Source of the DNA: Clostridia bacterium
GTDB lineage: Bacteria > Bacillota > Clostridia > RGIG6154
Assembly (NCBI GenBank): GCA_045536355.1
Contig: JAZSNJ010000049.1
Span: forward strand, 1-34,360
DNA: 34,360 bases
Reading direction: 5' to 3'
The notes below the pieces were generated by a model. The model did no database searches. It saw nothing but the letters and a program-made list of their open reading frames with translations, and was not told the origin of the DNA. The translations under genes and the position numbers were made by a program. Below, piece by piece: positions 16,612 through 24,519 of this stretch. Positions within the stretch are counted from its first letter, which is position 1, and every line of letters begins with the position of its first letter.

Positions 16612-16646
16612 AAAAAAGACTGAAACAAAAGTTTCAGTCTTTTTTT
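16612..16646. terminator. Bidirectional rho-independent terminator between convergent ABC exporter and GH13 genes
   Basis: A-run, then stem AGACTGAAAC (16617-16626), loop AAAA, stem GTTTCAGTCT (16631-16640), then T-run. The tail overlaps the GH13 stop codon. Confidence 0.85.
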
Positions 16647-18345
16647 ATTGTTTTATAAGTATTCCGTAAGGTGAAATTGTATTATCATCCCAAGAATACT
16701 TTTTGTTACTTCTGTTAATATAAAGTTTGAATTCTTTTCCATCAAGTAATCTTGTTATACAAAACACATCCTGATTTTCGGCAAGAAAAACTGTTTCGCC
16801 TTGTTTTAAAATATTTGAGTTTGCTCTTAAATCAGATGCTTCCTTATAAAGATTAAATATTTCTTTGTTTTCATTCCCCCATGGGTAAGTTTTTCTGTTG
16901 TCAGGATCTTTATAACCTGTAACACCTGCTTCATCACCGTAATAGATGCAGGGCAGACCAGGGAAGAAGAAAAGAGCATATACCAACATTTTTAAAATGT
17001 TTATAGCATTGTCGCAGTTTACATCCGATACAACAGTTAAAATTCTTTCTATATCGTGTGTTCCTAAAAAGTTAAAGTTACCCATAAAGCGCTCTTTGGG
17101 ATAGTTTTCCATAAGTGTTGAAAAGATGTTTTTAAGGTCAAAAGCAGATATCTCACCTTTTATAAACCTTACCATATTATCCCTGAATGGATAATTCATA
17201 ACAGAGTCTAATTCGCCTTTTGTGAAGTATGATTTTAAAGTATCATACGCCACTTTGTTTGATGCATCTTCCCACACTTCACCCATAACTATTTTGTCAT
17301 CACCAAAACTTTTTACAGTTGAATAAAGTTCCTGCAAGAATGAGTCGGATAACTCATCTGCTACATCTAAACGCCAGCCACCGATTTTTTTGTTAGTCCA
17401 TTTTTTAATAACGCTGTCTTCATCTGATATAATGTAATTTCTAAATGATTCATTTTCTTTATTTACTGTAGGCAAATCCATAACGCCCCACCAACTTTTG
17501 TATTCGGTTGGGTAGTTGTCAAACATAAACCAATCATAATATGGTGAAGAAGTGCTTTGATATGCGCCAATCGAAGTATATTTCCCAAACTTATTAAAAT
17601 ATACACTGTCTGCCCCTGTGTGATTAAAAACACCGTCTAAAATGATTTTTATACCAAGACTTTCGGCTGTATCTAAAAGACGGTCAAAGTCTTCTTCGGT
17701 GCCAAGCAGAGAATCAATCTTTTTATAATCAGCAGTATTGTAACGGTGATTGGAACAGGATTCAAAAATTGGGTTTAAGTAAATAACAGAAACATTAAGT
17801 TGTTTTAAATAGGGGAGCTTGTCAATAATACCTTGTATGTTTCCGCCAAAAAAATCCCATTTTGCTATTTCATTTCCGTTTTTTATATACTTTGGAGTGT
17901 CATACCAGTTATCATAATAGTAAACATCTGTTTTAGATTTAATAATATTATTACCAATGTTAAAACGGTCAGGAAATATTTGATATGCAATTCCTTCTTT
18001 GTACCAATCAGGAGTTTTAATCTTATTTTCATAAATGGTTAGTTGAAATGGTGTTTCTTTGTTGAACGAAAAAATGGCTACACCCTTTCCAGAGTTGTTA
18101 AGATATATTTTTATACCTTGATCAGATACAAGTAAAAAGTTATAAAAAACAAGCCCACACTCAGGAAAAGAGGTTTCAAGACAAAAACCGTCAGCACACT
18201 TATCCATTTTTAATGATTTATCATTATATAAAAAATAAGCTTCTGAAATAGAGGTGCACTTAATATTAAATTTTACCTTTTCTAAAACTTGCAAGGCTCC
18301 AAAAGGAGCCTTGCAAGTTTTATCCCAAGCGTTATAGTAAATCAT
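16645..18345 (-). CDS. GH13 alpha-amylase-family glycoside hydrolase (neopullulanase/cyclomaltodextrinase-like, with N-terminal beta-domain)
   Basis: Conserved GH13 regions are present: YQIFPDRF, DGVFNHTG, GGWRLDVADE (nucleophile Asp), MGEVWED (acid/base Glu), FLGTHDIER. Last gene of the glgA-glgP operon. Confidence 0.9.
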   Translation of the reverse strand: MIYYNAWDKTCKAPFGALQVLEKVKFNIKCTSISEAYFLYNDKSLKMDKCADGFCLETSFPECGLVFYNFLLVSDQGIKIYLNNSGKGVAIFSFNKETPFQLTIYENKIKTPDWYKEGIAYQIFPDRFNIGNNIIKSKTDVYYYDNWYDTPKYIKNGNEIAKWDFFGGNIQGIIDKLPYLKQLNVSVIYLNPIFESCSNHRYNTADYKKIDSLLGTEEDFDRLLDTAESLGIKIILDGVFNHTGADSVYFNKFGKYTSIGAYQSTSSPYYDWFMFDNYPTEYKSWWGVMDLPTVNKENESFRNYIISDEDSVIKKWTNKKIGGWRLDVADELSDSFLQELYSTVKSFGDDKIVMGEVWEDASNKVAYDTLKSYFTKGELDSVMNYPFRDNMVRFIKGEISAFDLKNIFSTLMENYPKERFMGNFNFLGTHDIERILTVVSDVNCDNAINILKMLVYALFFFPGLPCIYYGDEAGVTGYKDPDNRKTYPWGNENKEIFNLYKEASDLRANSNILKQGETVFLAENQDVFCITRLLDGKEFKLYINRSNKKYSWDDNTISPYGILIKQ

Positions 18346-18354
18346 AAAATCACC

Positions 18355-20790
18355 TTATTTAACAAAACATGGGTCAATGTTCCAGATGTCTTTTGCGTAA
18401 TTTCTTATTGTGTTATCACTTGAAAATCTTCCTGATTTTGCAACATTTATAATTGCAGAACGATACCAGGTATCTTTATCCTGATATTTATTTACCAAAA
18501 CTTCATTTGCTTTAACATAAGCATCAAAATCTTTTAACACGAAGAATTCATCATTCCATGTTACAAGATGGTTAAATATTTCCTCAAACTTGCTGAAGTC
18601 TTCGATGTAGAAATTGGTTTTAAGTTGGTCTAAAACCTTTTTAACTCTCTGGTCATTATTATATATGTCTGACGATAAATAACCACCGTGCTGATAATAG
18701 TTGATAACTTCATCACTTGATAAACCAAATGTAACAATATTGTCATCACCAACAGCTTCATGTATTTCTACATTTGCGCCGTCCATTGTAGCAAGTGTAA
18801 TTGCACCGTTCATCATAAATTTCATATTACTTGTGCCTGATGCTTCTTTTGATGCAGTGGAAATCTGTAAACTTACATCTGCGGCAGGTATAATCCTTTC
18901 AGCAAGGTCAACATTGTAATTTGGAATAAATATTACTTTGAGTTTTCCACCTATCCTTGGGTCATTGTTTACCTTTGCTGCAACAGCGTGAATAAGTTTA
19001 ATAACCTTTTTTGCGAGGCTGTATGAAGAAAAAGCCTTTGCTCCAAATACAAATGTTCTTGGTTGGAACTCCATATCAGGATTTTCAAGTAACATATTGT
19101 ATAAATGCATAATGTATAAAATGTTAAGGGTTTGTCTTTTATATGCGTGTAATCTTTTAACCTGTGCGCTGTATAAACTGTGCGATTCTAATTTTACATC
19201 ATAGGTTTTTGCAACAAAATCTATAAATTCTAATTTTTTGTTATGTTTAACCCTTCTGAAATCTTCACGGAAAGCTTTATCGTCAGCAAAAGGCATTAAA
19301 TCCTCAAGCCTTTCAGGGTCTTTTATCCATTTATCACCAATGGCATCTGTAATAAGGTTTGCAAGTGTTGGGTTCGCAGAAATAAGCCATCTTCTGTGGG
19401 TGATACCATTTGTCTTGTTGTTGAATTTACCCGGATAAAATTCATGGAAATCTTTAAGCTCCTGATTTTTAAGAATGTCTGTATGAAGCGCAGCAACACC
19501 GTTAACAGAATGGGAACCCACAATAGCAAGATTAGCCATTCTTACTTTGTTATCCCAAAGTATTGCCATTTTTGACCTTTTGGCAGTATCGTTGCCGTAC
19601 TTACTGATAATCTTTTCGTCAAATCTTCTGCTTATTTCTTCAATAATCATATAAACACGGGGAAGAAGCGATTTCATAAGAGGAATATCAATTTTTTCCA
19701 AAGCTTCTGCCATAATGGTGTGGTTTGTATATGCCATCGTTTTTGTTGTAATATCCCAGGCTGTTGTCCATGGAATATTTTCTTCATCTATTAATATTCT
19801 CATAAGTTCTGCAACAGCTAAAGACGGATGAGTGTCATTTATATGAACGCTGTGGTATTCGTTAAAGCGAAGCATAGAATATCCAAGTTTTTTGTGCTTT
19901 TTGATAATGCTCTGAAGACCTGCGCTGACAAAGAAATATTCTTGCTTTAAGCGAAGTTCTTTACCAGATGGTGTAGAATCATCAGGATAGAGAATATTGG
20001 AAATGATTTCTGTGTTATATTTTTCTTCAACAGCTTTTAAATATTCACCGTGTGAAAAATCAGAAAAGTTTACATCTTCACCGATTACTTTTGCACTCCA
20101 CAGTCTTAATGTGTTAACATTCTTACAGTCGTATCCTACGATAGGCGTATCATAAGGGACTGCCAACACTTCTTCGTAATTTTTGTGCTGAACCTGTATT
20201 TCACCGTGGCTGTCAATATCAACATCAACCTCACCGCCGAATTTTACGGTAACAGCTTCATCATCTCTTCTCATTTCCCAGATGTTTTCATACTTTAACC
20301 AGTTATCAGTTTCTTCAACCTGATACCCGTCTTTAATGGTTTGCTTAAATAAGCCGTATTTGTATCTTATACCCTGACCATATGCAGGAACGCCTGTTGA
20401 ACTCATAGAGTCTAAAAAACATGCCGCAAGTCTTCCAAGACCACCATTGCCAAGACCAGGTTCAATTTCAGTTTCTTTAATTTGTTCTAAGTCAATTCCA
20501 AGCTCTGAAAGAGCCTCTGTGCATTTATCTTTTATACCTAAGTTGATGAGAGAAGTGTCTAAAAGTTTTCCCAAAAGAAATTCCATTGAGAAATAATGAA
20601 CTTGTTTAACTCCGTCTTTATTGTACTGATTTTTAGACTCATACCAATACTGTGTGATGTAGTCTCTTACAACTCTGCCTAAAGCTTCATATATCTGGAG
20701 TGGGTGAGCCTGAGACACATCTTTAGCATATCTTGATACAAGTTTGTTTTTAAAGTCTGTTTTGATTTGTTCCTTTGTTATGTTTAACAT
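18355..20790 (-). CDS. glgP: Glycogen/maltodextrin phosphorylase
   Basis: GT35 hallmarks are present: GLGNGGLGRLAACFLDS and the PLP-lysine motif EASGTSNMKFMMNGA. The start is set at the ATG (comp. 20788-20790, MLNITKEQIK...) rather than the upstream GTG at 20850. The alternative start remains possible. Confidence 0.92.
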   Translation of the reverse strand: MLNITKEQIKTDFKNKLVSRYAKDVSQAHPLQIYEALGRVVRDYITQYWYESKNQYNKDGVKQVHYFSMEFLLGKLLDTSLINLGIKDKCTEALSELGIDLEQIKETEIEPGLGNGGLGRLAACFLDSMSSTGVPAYGQGIRYKYGLFKQTIKDGYQVEETDNWLKYENIWEMRRDDEAVTVKFGGEVDVDIDSHGEIQVQHKNYEEVLAVPYDTPIVGYDCKNVNTLRLWSAKVIGEDVNFSDFSHGEYLKAVEEKYNTEIISNILYPDDSTPSGKELRLKQEYFFVSAGLQSIIKKHKKLGYSMLRFNEYHSVHINDTHPSLAVAELMRILIDEENIPWTTAWDITTKTMAYTNHTIMAEALEKIDIPLMKSLLPRVYMIIEEISRRFDEKIISKYGNDTAKRSKMAILWDNKVRMANLAIVGSHSVNGVAALHTDILKNQELKDFHEFYPGKFNNKTNGITHRRWLISANPTLANLITDAIGDKWIKDPERLEDLMPFADDKAFREDFRRVKHNKKLEFIDFVAKTYDVKLESHSLYSAQVKRLHAYKRQTLNILYIMHLYNMLLENPDMEFQPRTFVFGAKAFSSYSLAKKVIKLIHAVAAKVNNDPRIGGKLKVIFIPNYNVDLAERIIPAADVSLQISTASKEASGTSNMKFMMNGAITLATMDGANVEIHEAVGDDNIVTFGLSSDEVINYYQHGGYLSSDIYNNDQRVKKVLDQLKTNFYIEDFSKFEEIFNHLVTWNDEFFVLKDFDAYVKANEVLVNKYQDKDTWYRSAIINVAKSGRFSSDNTIRNYAKDIWNIDPCFVK

Positions 20791-20865
20791 TTTTAAAATT
20801 GCCTTTCTGCCCGATTGAAAATATTTTAGTGAGGCTTTTATGGGCTGCACTTTAAAGCCTGAATT

Positions 20866-22296
20866 TTATTTTAGTAAATTGTTATATACTGTTGTGTAAT
20901 TGTCTGTCGCTGTCTCCCAACTGAAAGCACCTTTCATAGCACGTCTTACAAGTTTATTCCAGTTAACTCTGTTGTTTTTATAAACATTTACTGCATAACG
21001 GATAACATTTAACATATCGTGTGCATTAAAGTTAGAGAACGAAAAACCGTTACCTGTGTTTTCATATTCGTTGTAAGGTGCAACGGTGTCTTTAAGACCG
21101 CCAGTTTCTCTTACAATAGGAATTGAACCGTATCTTAATGCAATTAATTGACCCAAACCGCAAGGTTCAAACAAAGACGGCATTAAAAACATATCAGATG
21201 CTGCATAAATTTTCCTTGAGAGTTCATCGGAAAAAGTTATATTAACAGAAACTCTTTCTGGATATCTTGACTTATAGTATTTAAATACATCTTCATACTT
21301 TTTATCACCTGTACCAAGGAGTACAAGCTGTACACCTTCAGCCATAATTTCTTCCATTACTGATATTACAAGGTCAAACCCTTTTTGAGGGGTAAGTCTT
21401 GAAACAATACCAATCATAGGAACATCTTCACTTTCATAAAGGCCTAATTGCTTTTGAAGCTCAATTTTGTTTTTAACTTTATTTTCTATTCTTACAGGAT
21501 TGTAGTTAGCAAATATTTTGTCATCAGTTTTAGGATTAAATAACTCATAGTCAATACCATTTAATATGCCCTGTAATTTGTTGTTGTACTGATTTAAAAC
21601 GCCCTCTAATCCTTCACCATAAAAATCATTTTGAATTTCTGTTGCATAAGTAGGACTAACGGTGTTTACGTAGTCGGAAAAAACTATGCCACCTTTCATA
21701 AATGAAATACAGTCATAGAATTTTAATTTGTCGTCTGTAAAGTAGCCAAGGTCAAGGCCTAAAAGTTCAGTTAAAACTTGCTGTGGGAATATTCCCTGGA
21801 ACTTAAGGTTGTGGATTGAATACAAAACCTTTGCATAAGCTTTTGTGCCCTGATAAAAATGACGCATCAAAACAGGCACCATACCTGTGTGCCAGTCGTT
21901 ACAGTGAATTATATCCGGCTCAAAGTCCATATGAAGAATTGATTCTAAAATCGCTCTGTCTAAAAAGGCAAATCTTTCACCATCATCATAATATCCGTAA
22001 GCTCCGCCTCTTTTAAAGTAGAATTCATTATCGATAAAGTAAAAAACGGTATTACCTAAAGTATATTTTAAAAGTCCGCAGTACTGATTTCTCCATCCCA
22101 CGGGGACAGTAAATTCTGCTACTTTCTCCATACCATCTTTGAAATGCTGAGGTATATCCTGATAAAGTGGACAAATAACACGGGTTTCATAACCCTTATT
22201 GTTAAGTTCCTTTGGAAGAGCATAGGCAACATCGCCAAGTCCTCCTGTTTTGATAAAGGGATATACTTCTGAAGTTGCAAATAAAATTTTTGCCAT
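20866..22296 (-). CDS. glgA: Glycogen synthase (ADP-glucose type, GT5)
   Basis: MAKILFATSEVYPFIKTGGLGDV N-terminus, with KTGGLGDV as the signature. Start moved to the ATG (comp. 22294-22296), which has AAAGGAA upstream. The ORF-track extension adds 15 unlikely residues. Confidence 0.93.
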   Translation of the reverse strand: MAKILFATSEVYPFIKTGGLGDVAYALPKELNNKGYETRVICPLYQDIPQHFKDGMEKVAEFTVPVGWRNQYCGLLKYTLGNTVFYFIDNEFYFKRGGAYGYYDDGERFAFLDRAILESILHMDFEPDIIHCNDWHTGMVPVLMRHFYQGTKAYAKVLYSIHNLKFQGIFPQQVLTELLGLDLGYFTDDKLKFYDCISFMKGGIVFSDYVNTVSPTYATEIQNDFYGEGLEGVLNQYNNKLQGILNGIDYELFNPKTDDKIFANYNPVRIENKVKNKIELQKQLGLYESEDVPMIGIVSRLTPQKGFDLVISVMEEIMAEGVQLVLLGTGDKKYEDVFKYYKSRYPERVSVNITFSDELSRKIYAASDMFLMPSLFEPCGLGQLIALRYGSIPIVRETGGLKDTVAPYNEYENTGNGFSFSNFNAHDMLNVIRYAVNVYKNNRVNWNKLVRRAMKGAFSWETATDNYTTVYNNLLK

Positions 22297-22331
22297 CGAA
22301 ATCATTCCTTTCAGCAAATTATTTCTTACAT

Positions 22332-22360
22332 AGTATAGCACATTTTTATGCTTTTGTCAG
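22332..22360 (-). promoter_or_regulatory. Putative promoter of the glgA-glgP-GH13 operon
   Basis: Minus strand: CTGACA (comp. 22355-22360), 17-bp spacer, TATACT (comp. 22332-22337), preceded by TGc (extended -10). Confidence 0.5.
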
Positions 22361-22420
22361 CAAAAAAAACATATTATTTTGCAAAAAATAAATATTTTTA
22401 AAAAAATTTTAAAAAAACTA

Positions 22421-22449
22421 TTGAAATTTTTAAAAAAATGTATTATTAT
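22421..22449 (+). promoter_or_regulatory. Putative Pmra promoter of the dcw cluster
   Basis: TTGAAA (22421-22426), 17-bp spacer, TATTAT (22444-22449), preceded by A/T-tract-rich DNA. Confidence 0.5.
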
Positions 22450-22458
22450 ATAGTCGAG

Positions 22459-22504
22459 GTGGGTGAAAATGCCACAAAGTGGTTTAAAAATGTGGAGAAG
22501 TGGT
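22459..22504 (+). promoter_or_regulatory. Array of direct GTGG boxes, putative MraZ operator
   Basis: GTGGG (22459), AAAGTGGT (GTGG at 22479), AAATGTGGA (22492), GAAGTGGT (22500). Inverted copies are GCCAC (22471-22475) and CACCACCC (22518-22524). All lie just downstream of the predicted -10 and upstream of mraZ. Confidence 0.55.
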
Positions 22505-22550
22505 AAATTTCAAAAACACCACCCAATTGTAGAAGAAAGGAGTTTTGCAA

Positions 22551-22982
22551 ATGTTAATCGGTGAATATACACATTCTGTTGATGCAAAAGGCAGAATTAT
22601 TTTACCTGCAAAATTCCGTGAAGATATGGGAAGTCATTTTTATGTAACCATAGGCTTTGACAAATGTTTACGAGCTTATCCGTTTTTAGAATGGAATAAG
22701 TATATGGAAAACATTTCAGCACTTCCTGACAGTGATGAGGGTGCAAGAAAGTTTAAAAGAGCAATAGGCTCAAATTCATTTGAATGTGAAATTGATAAAC
22801 AGGGAAGAGTTTTAATTTCAGGCAAATTAAGAGAGTATGCAGTTTTAAACGAAGATGTTGTCATTATAGGACAGACAACTTATATTGAATTCTGGAATAA
22901 AGATATTTGGGATGCTTACAATCAGACTGAAGGTTACAATATTGATGATCTTGCAGGTATGATGGCATCATACGGATTATAA
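22551..22982 (+). CDS. mraZ: Transcriptional regulator MraZ
   Basis: MLIGEYTHSVDAKGRIILPAKFRE, plus a second DKQGRVLIS motif (duplicated DxxxR SpoVT/AbrB-like halves). ATG at 22551 lies 8 nt after AAAGGAG. The ORF-track TTG at 22545 is too close to the SD. Confidence 0.95.
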   Translation: MLIGEYTHSVDAKGRIILPAKFREDMGSHFYVTIGFDKCLRAYPFLEWNKYMENISALPDSDEGARKFKRAIGSNSFECEIDKQGRVLISGKLREYAVLNEDVVIIGQTTYIEFWNKDIWDAYNQTEGYNIDDLAGMMASYGL

Positions 22983-22984
22983 TT

Positions 22985-23917
22985 ATGGAATTTTCACATA
23001 TTTCGGTGCTTATTGATGAAAGTATAGAAGCACTTTCTGTAAACAAAATTGGGATATATGTTGACGGGACTTTAGGTGGGGGTGGACACTCCCACCGGAT
23101 ACTTTCATCTTTTGATAAAGTTAAACTTATTGGAATAGACAGAGATGCTGATGCATTACGTGCCGCTAAGGACAGGCTCAAAGACTTTGGCGACAGAGTG
23201 ATTTATCACAAAGGTAACTATTGTGAAATAAAGAGCATTTTAGTAAAATACGGTGTTGACAAGATTGACGGCGCCATATTGGATTTAGGGGTATCTTCCT
23301 ATCAGCTTGACAACGCAGACCGAGGTTTTTCATATAACAAAGATGCTCGTCTTGATATGAGAATGGATCAGGAACAGAAACTTACTGCTTACGATGTTAT
23401 AAATACATATTCTAGGAATGATTTAGCAAGAATTTTCTCTGCATACGGAGAGGAACGTTTCTCAATGCAGATAGCAAATAAAATTGAAGCTTTCAGGCAA
23501 ACAAAACCTGTTGAAACAACATTTGAACTTGTAGAGTTAATTAAAGCCGGTATTCCTGCTGCGAAAAGACGGGAAGGCGGACACCCGGCCAAAAGAGTTT
23601 TTCAGGCTGTGAGAATAGAAGTAAATAATGAACTCGGTGTTTTAAAGCAATCTGCCATAGATTTCTTTGATGCTTTAAAACCGGGCGGAAGACTTGCAAT
23701 AATTACTTTTCATTCATTAGAGGACAGAATTATAAAATCAGTATTTGCAGACCTATGCAAAGGTTGTACCTGCCCACCGGACTTTCCGATATGTGTATGT
23801 GGCAACAAGCCAAAAGGGAAACTGATTTTTAAAAAACCAGTTATTGCAACAAAAGAAGAACTTAAAAACAACTCAAGAGCTGAATGTGCGAAATTAAGAG
23901 TTATTGAAAAACTATAG
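22985..23917 (+). CDS. rsmH: 16S rRNA (cytosine1402-N4)-methyltransferase RsmH/MraW
   Basis: HISVLIDE, GTLGGGGHS (SAM-binding), DLGVSSYQLD, ITFHSLEDR, AKLRV. Confidence 0.95.
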   Translation: MEFSHISVLIDESIEALSVNKIGIYVDGTLGGGGHSHRILSSFDKVKLIGIDRDADALRAAKDRLKDFGDRVIYHKGNYCEIKSILVKYGVDKIDGAILDLGVSSYQLDNADRGFSYNKDARLDMRMDQEQKLTAYDVINTYSRNDLARIFSAYGEERFSMQIANKIEAFRQTKPVETTFELVELIKAGIPAAKRREGGHPAKRVFQAVRIEVNNELGVLKQSAIDFFDALKPGGRLAIITFHSLEDRIIKSVFADLCKGCTCPPDFPICVCGNKPKGKLIFKKPVIATKEELKNNSRAECAKLRVIEKL

Positions 23918-23931
23918 AAGGGAAGAATATA

Positions 23932-24405
23932 ATGCCACCGGAATACGCTTATAATCATTACGGATATCCTCTTCAGGAAGAAAACCAAAGACAACTTAAA
24001 ATATATAAAAATGCATCTAAAAGAAAAAAGAAAAGATATGTTGTTACCGAAACAGCTAAAACGAGAGTTCTTTGTGCATTGTTCGTCCTTCTTGCACTTA
24101 CTGTTATGATAAGATATGCTGTTATTAATGATCTTACAATGCAAAACAGCGTTATGGCAGAATCTTTAAAGTCATTGACAGCGGAAAATCAACAGGCAGT
24201 TGTGTATATTAATTCAACTACGGATTTAGGTGTTGTTGAACAAGTTGCTACAGAAGAACTTGACATGAAAAAACCTGACGGAAATCAGGTGGTAAGACTC
24301 TCGCTTGACATGAGCAACAGAACGGTTAAACCACAAAAGACACAAAGTAATTTTGCTAAAGGAGCTAAAAAAGTAATAGCTTTTGCAATGGAATATTTGT
24401 ATTAA
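23932..24405 (+). CDS. ftsL: Cell division protein FtsL-like (bitopic, coiled-coil)
   Basis: Canonical position after rsmH. Basic cytoplasmic tail, a single TM (VLCALFVLLALTVMIRYAVI), then a short coiled coil (LTMQNSVMAESLKSLTAENQQ) and DLGVVEQVATEELDMKKP. Confidence 0.7.
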   Translation: MPPEYAYNHYGYPLQEENQRQLKIYKNASKRKKKRYVVTETAKTRVLCALFVLLALTVMIRYAVINDLTMQNSVMAESLKSLTAENQQAVVYINSTTDLGVVEQVATEELDMKKPDGNQVVRLSLDMSNRTVKPQKTQSNFAKGAKKVIAFAMEYLY

Positions 24406-24456
24406 GGGATTACTATAATTACAAGTGAAAACCTTAGATGGAGTAATAAAGGGGTT

Positions 24457-24490
24457 AAGAGGATTTGTCGCACGGATGAAATCCTCTTTT
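24457..24490 (+). terminator. Hairpin with short T-tail between ftsL and the PBP gene (possible partial terminator or RNA stability element)
   Basis: Stem AAGAGGATTT (24457-24466) / AAATCCTCTT (24479-24488), 12-nt loop, followed by only TT before GCGC. Confidence 0.35.
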
Positions 24491-24519
24491 GCGCATTTAA
24501 TATATAGGGAGGATAATAT

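Noticed and set aside
22469-22564. 31-codon upstream ORF in the mraZ leader (MPQSGLKMWRSGKFQKHHPIVEERSFANVNR), preceded by GAGGTGGG and overlapping the mraZ start out of frame
   Set aside because: The apparent SD and the repeated SG codons are by-products of the GTGG operator boxes. There is no independent evidence of translation. Only ribosome profiling would justify revisiting it.
22864-24144. Minus-strand ORFs 22864-23181 (105 aa), 23389-23592 (67 aa) and 23710-24144 (144 aa)
   Set aside because: They are antisense to mraZ/rsmH/ftsL, with Ser/Phe/Ile-rich nonsense-like sequences and no RBS. The sense-strand genes are unambiguous.
24414-24419. TATAAT hexamer as an internal promoter for the PBP gene
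   Set aside because: No acceptable -35 lies at 16-18 bp (GAATAT/GGAATA), and the nearest TTGCAA is 25 bp away. It is kept only as a remark within the spacer finding.
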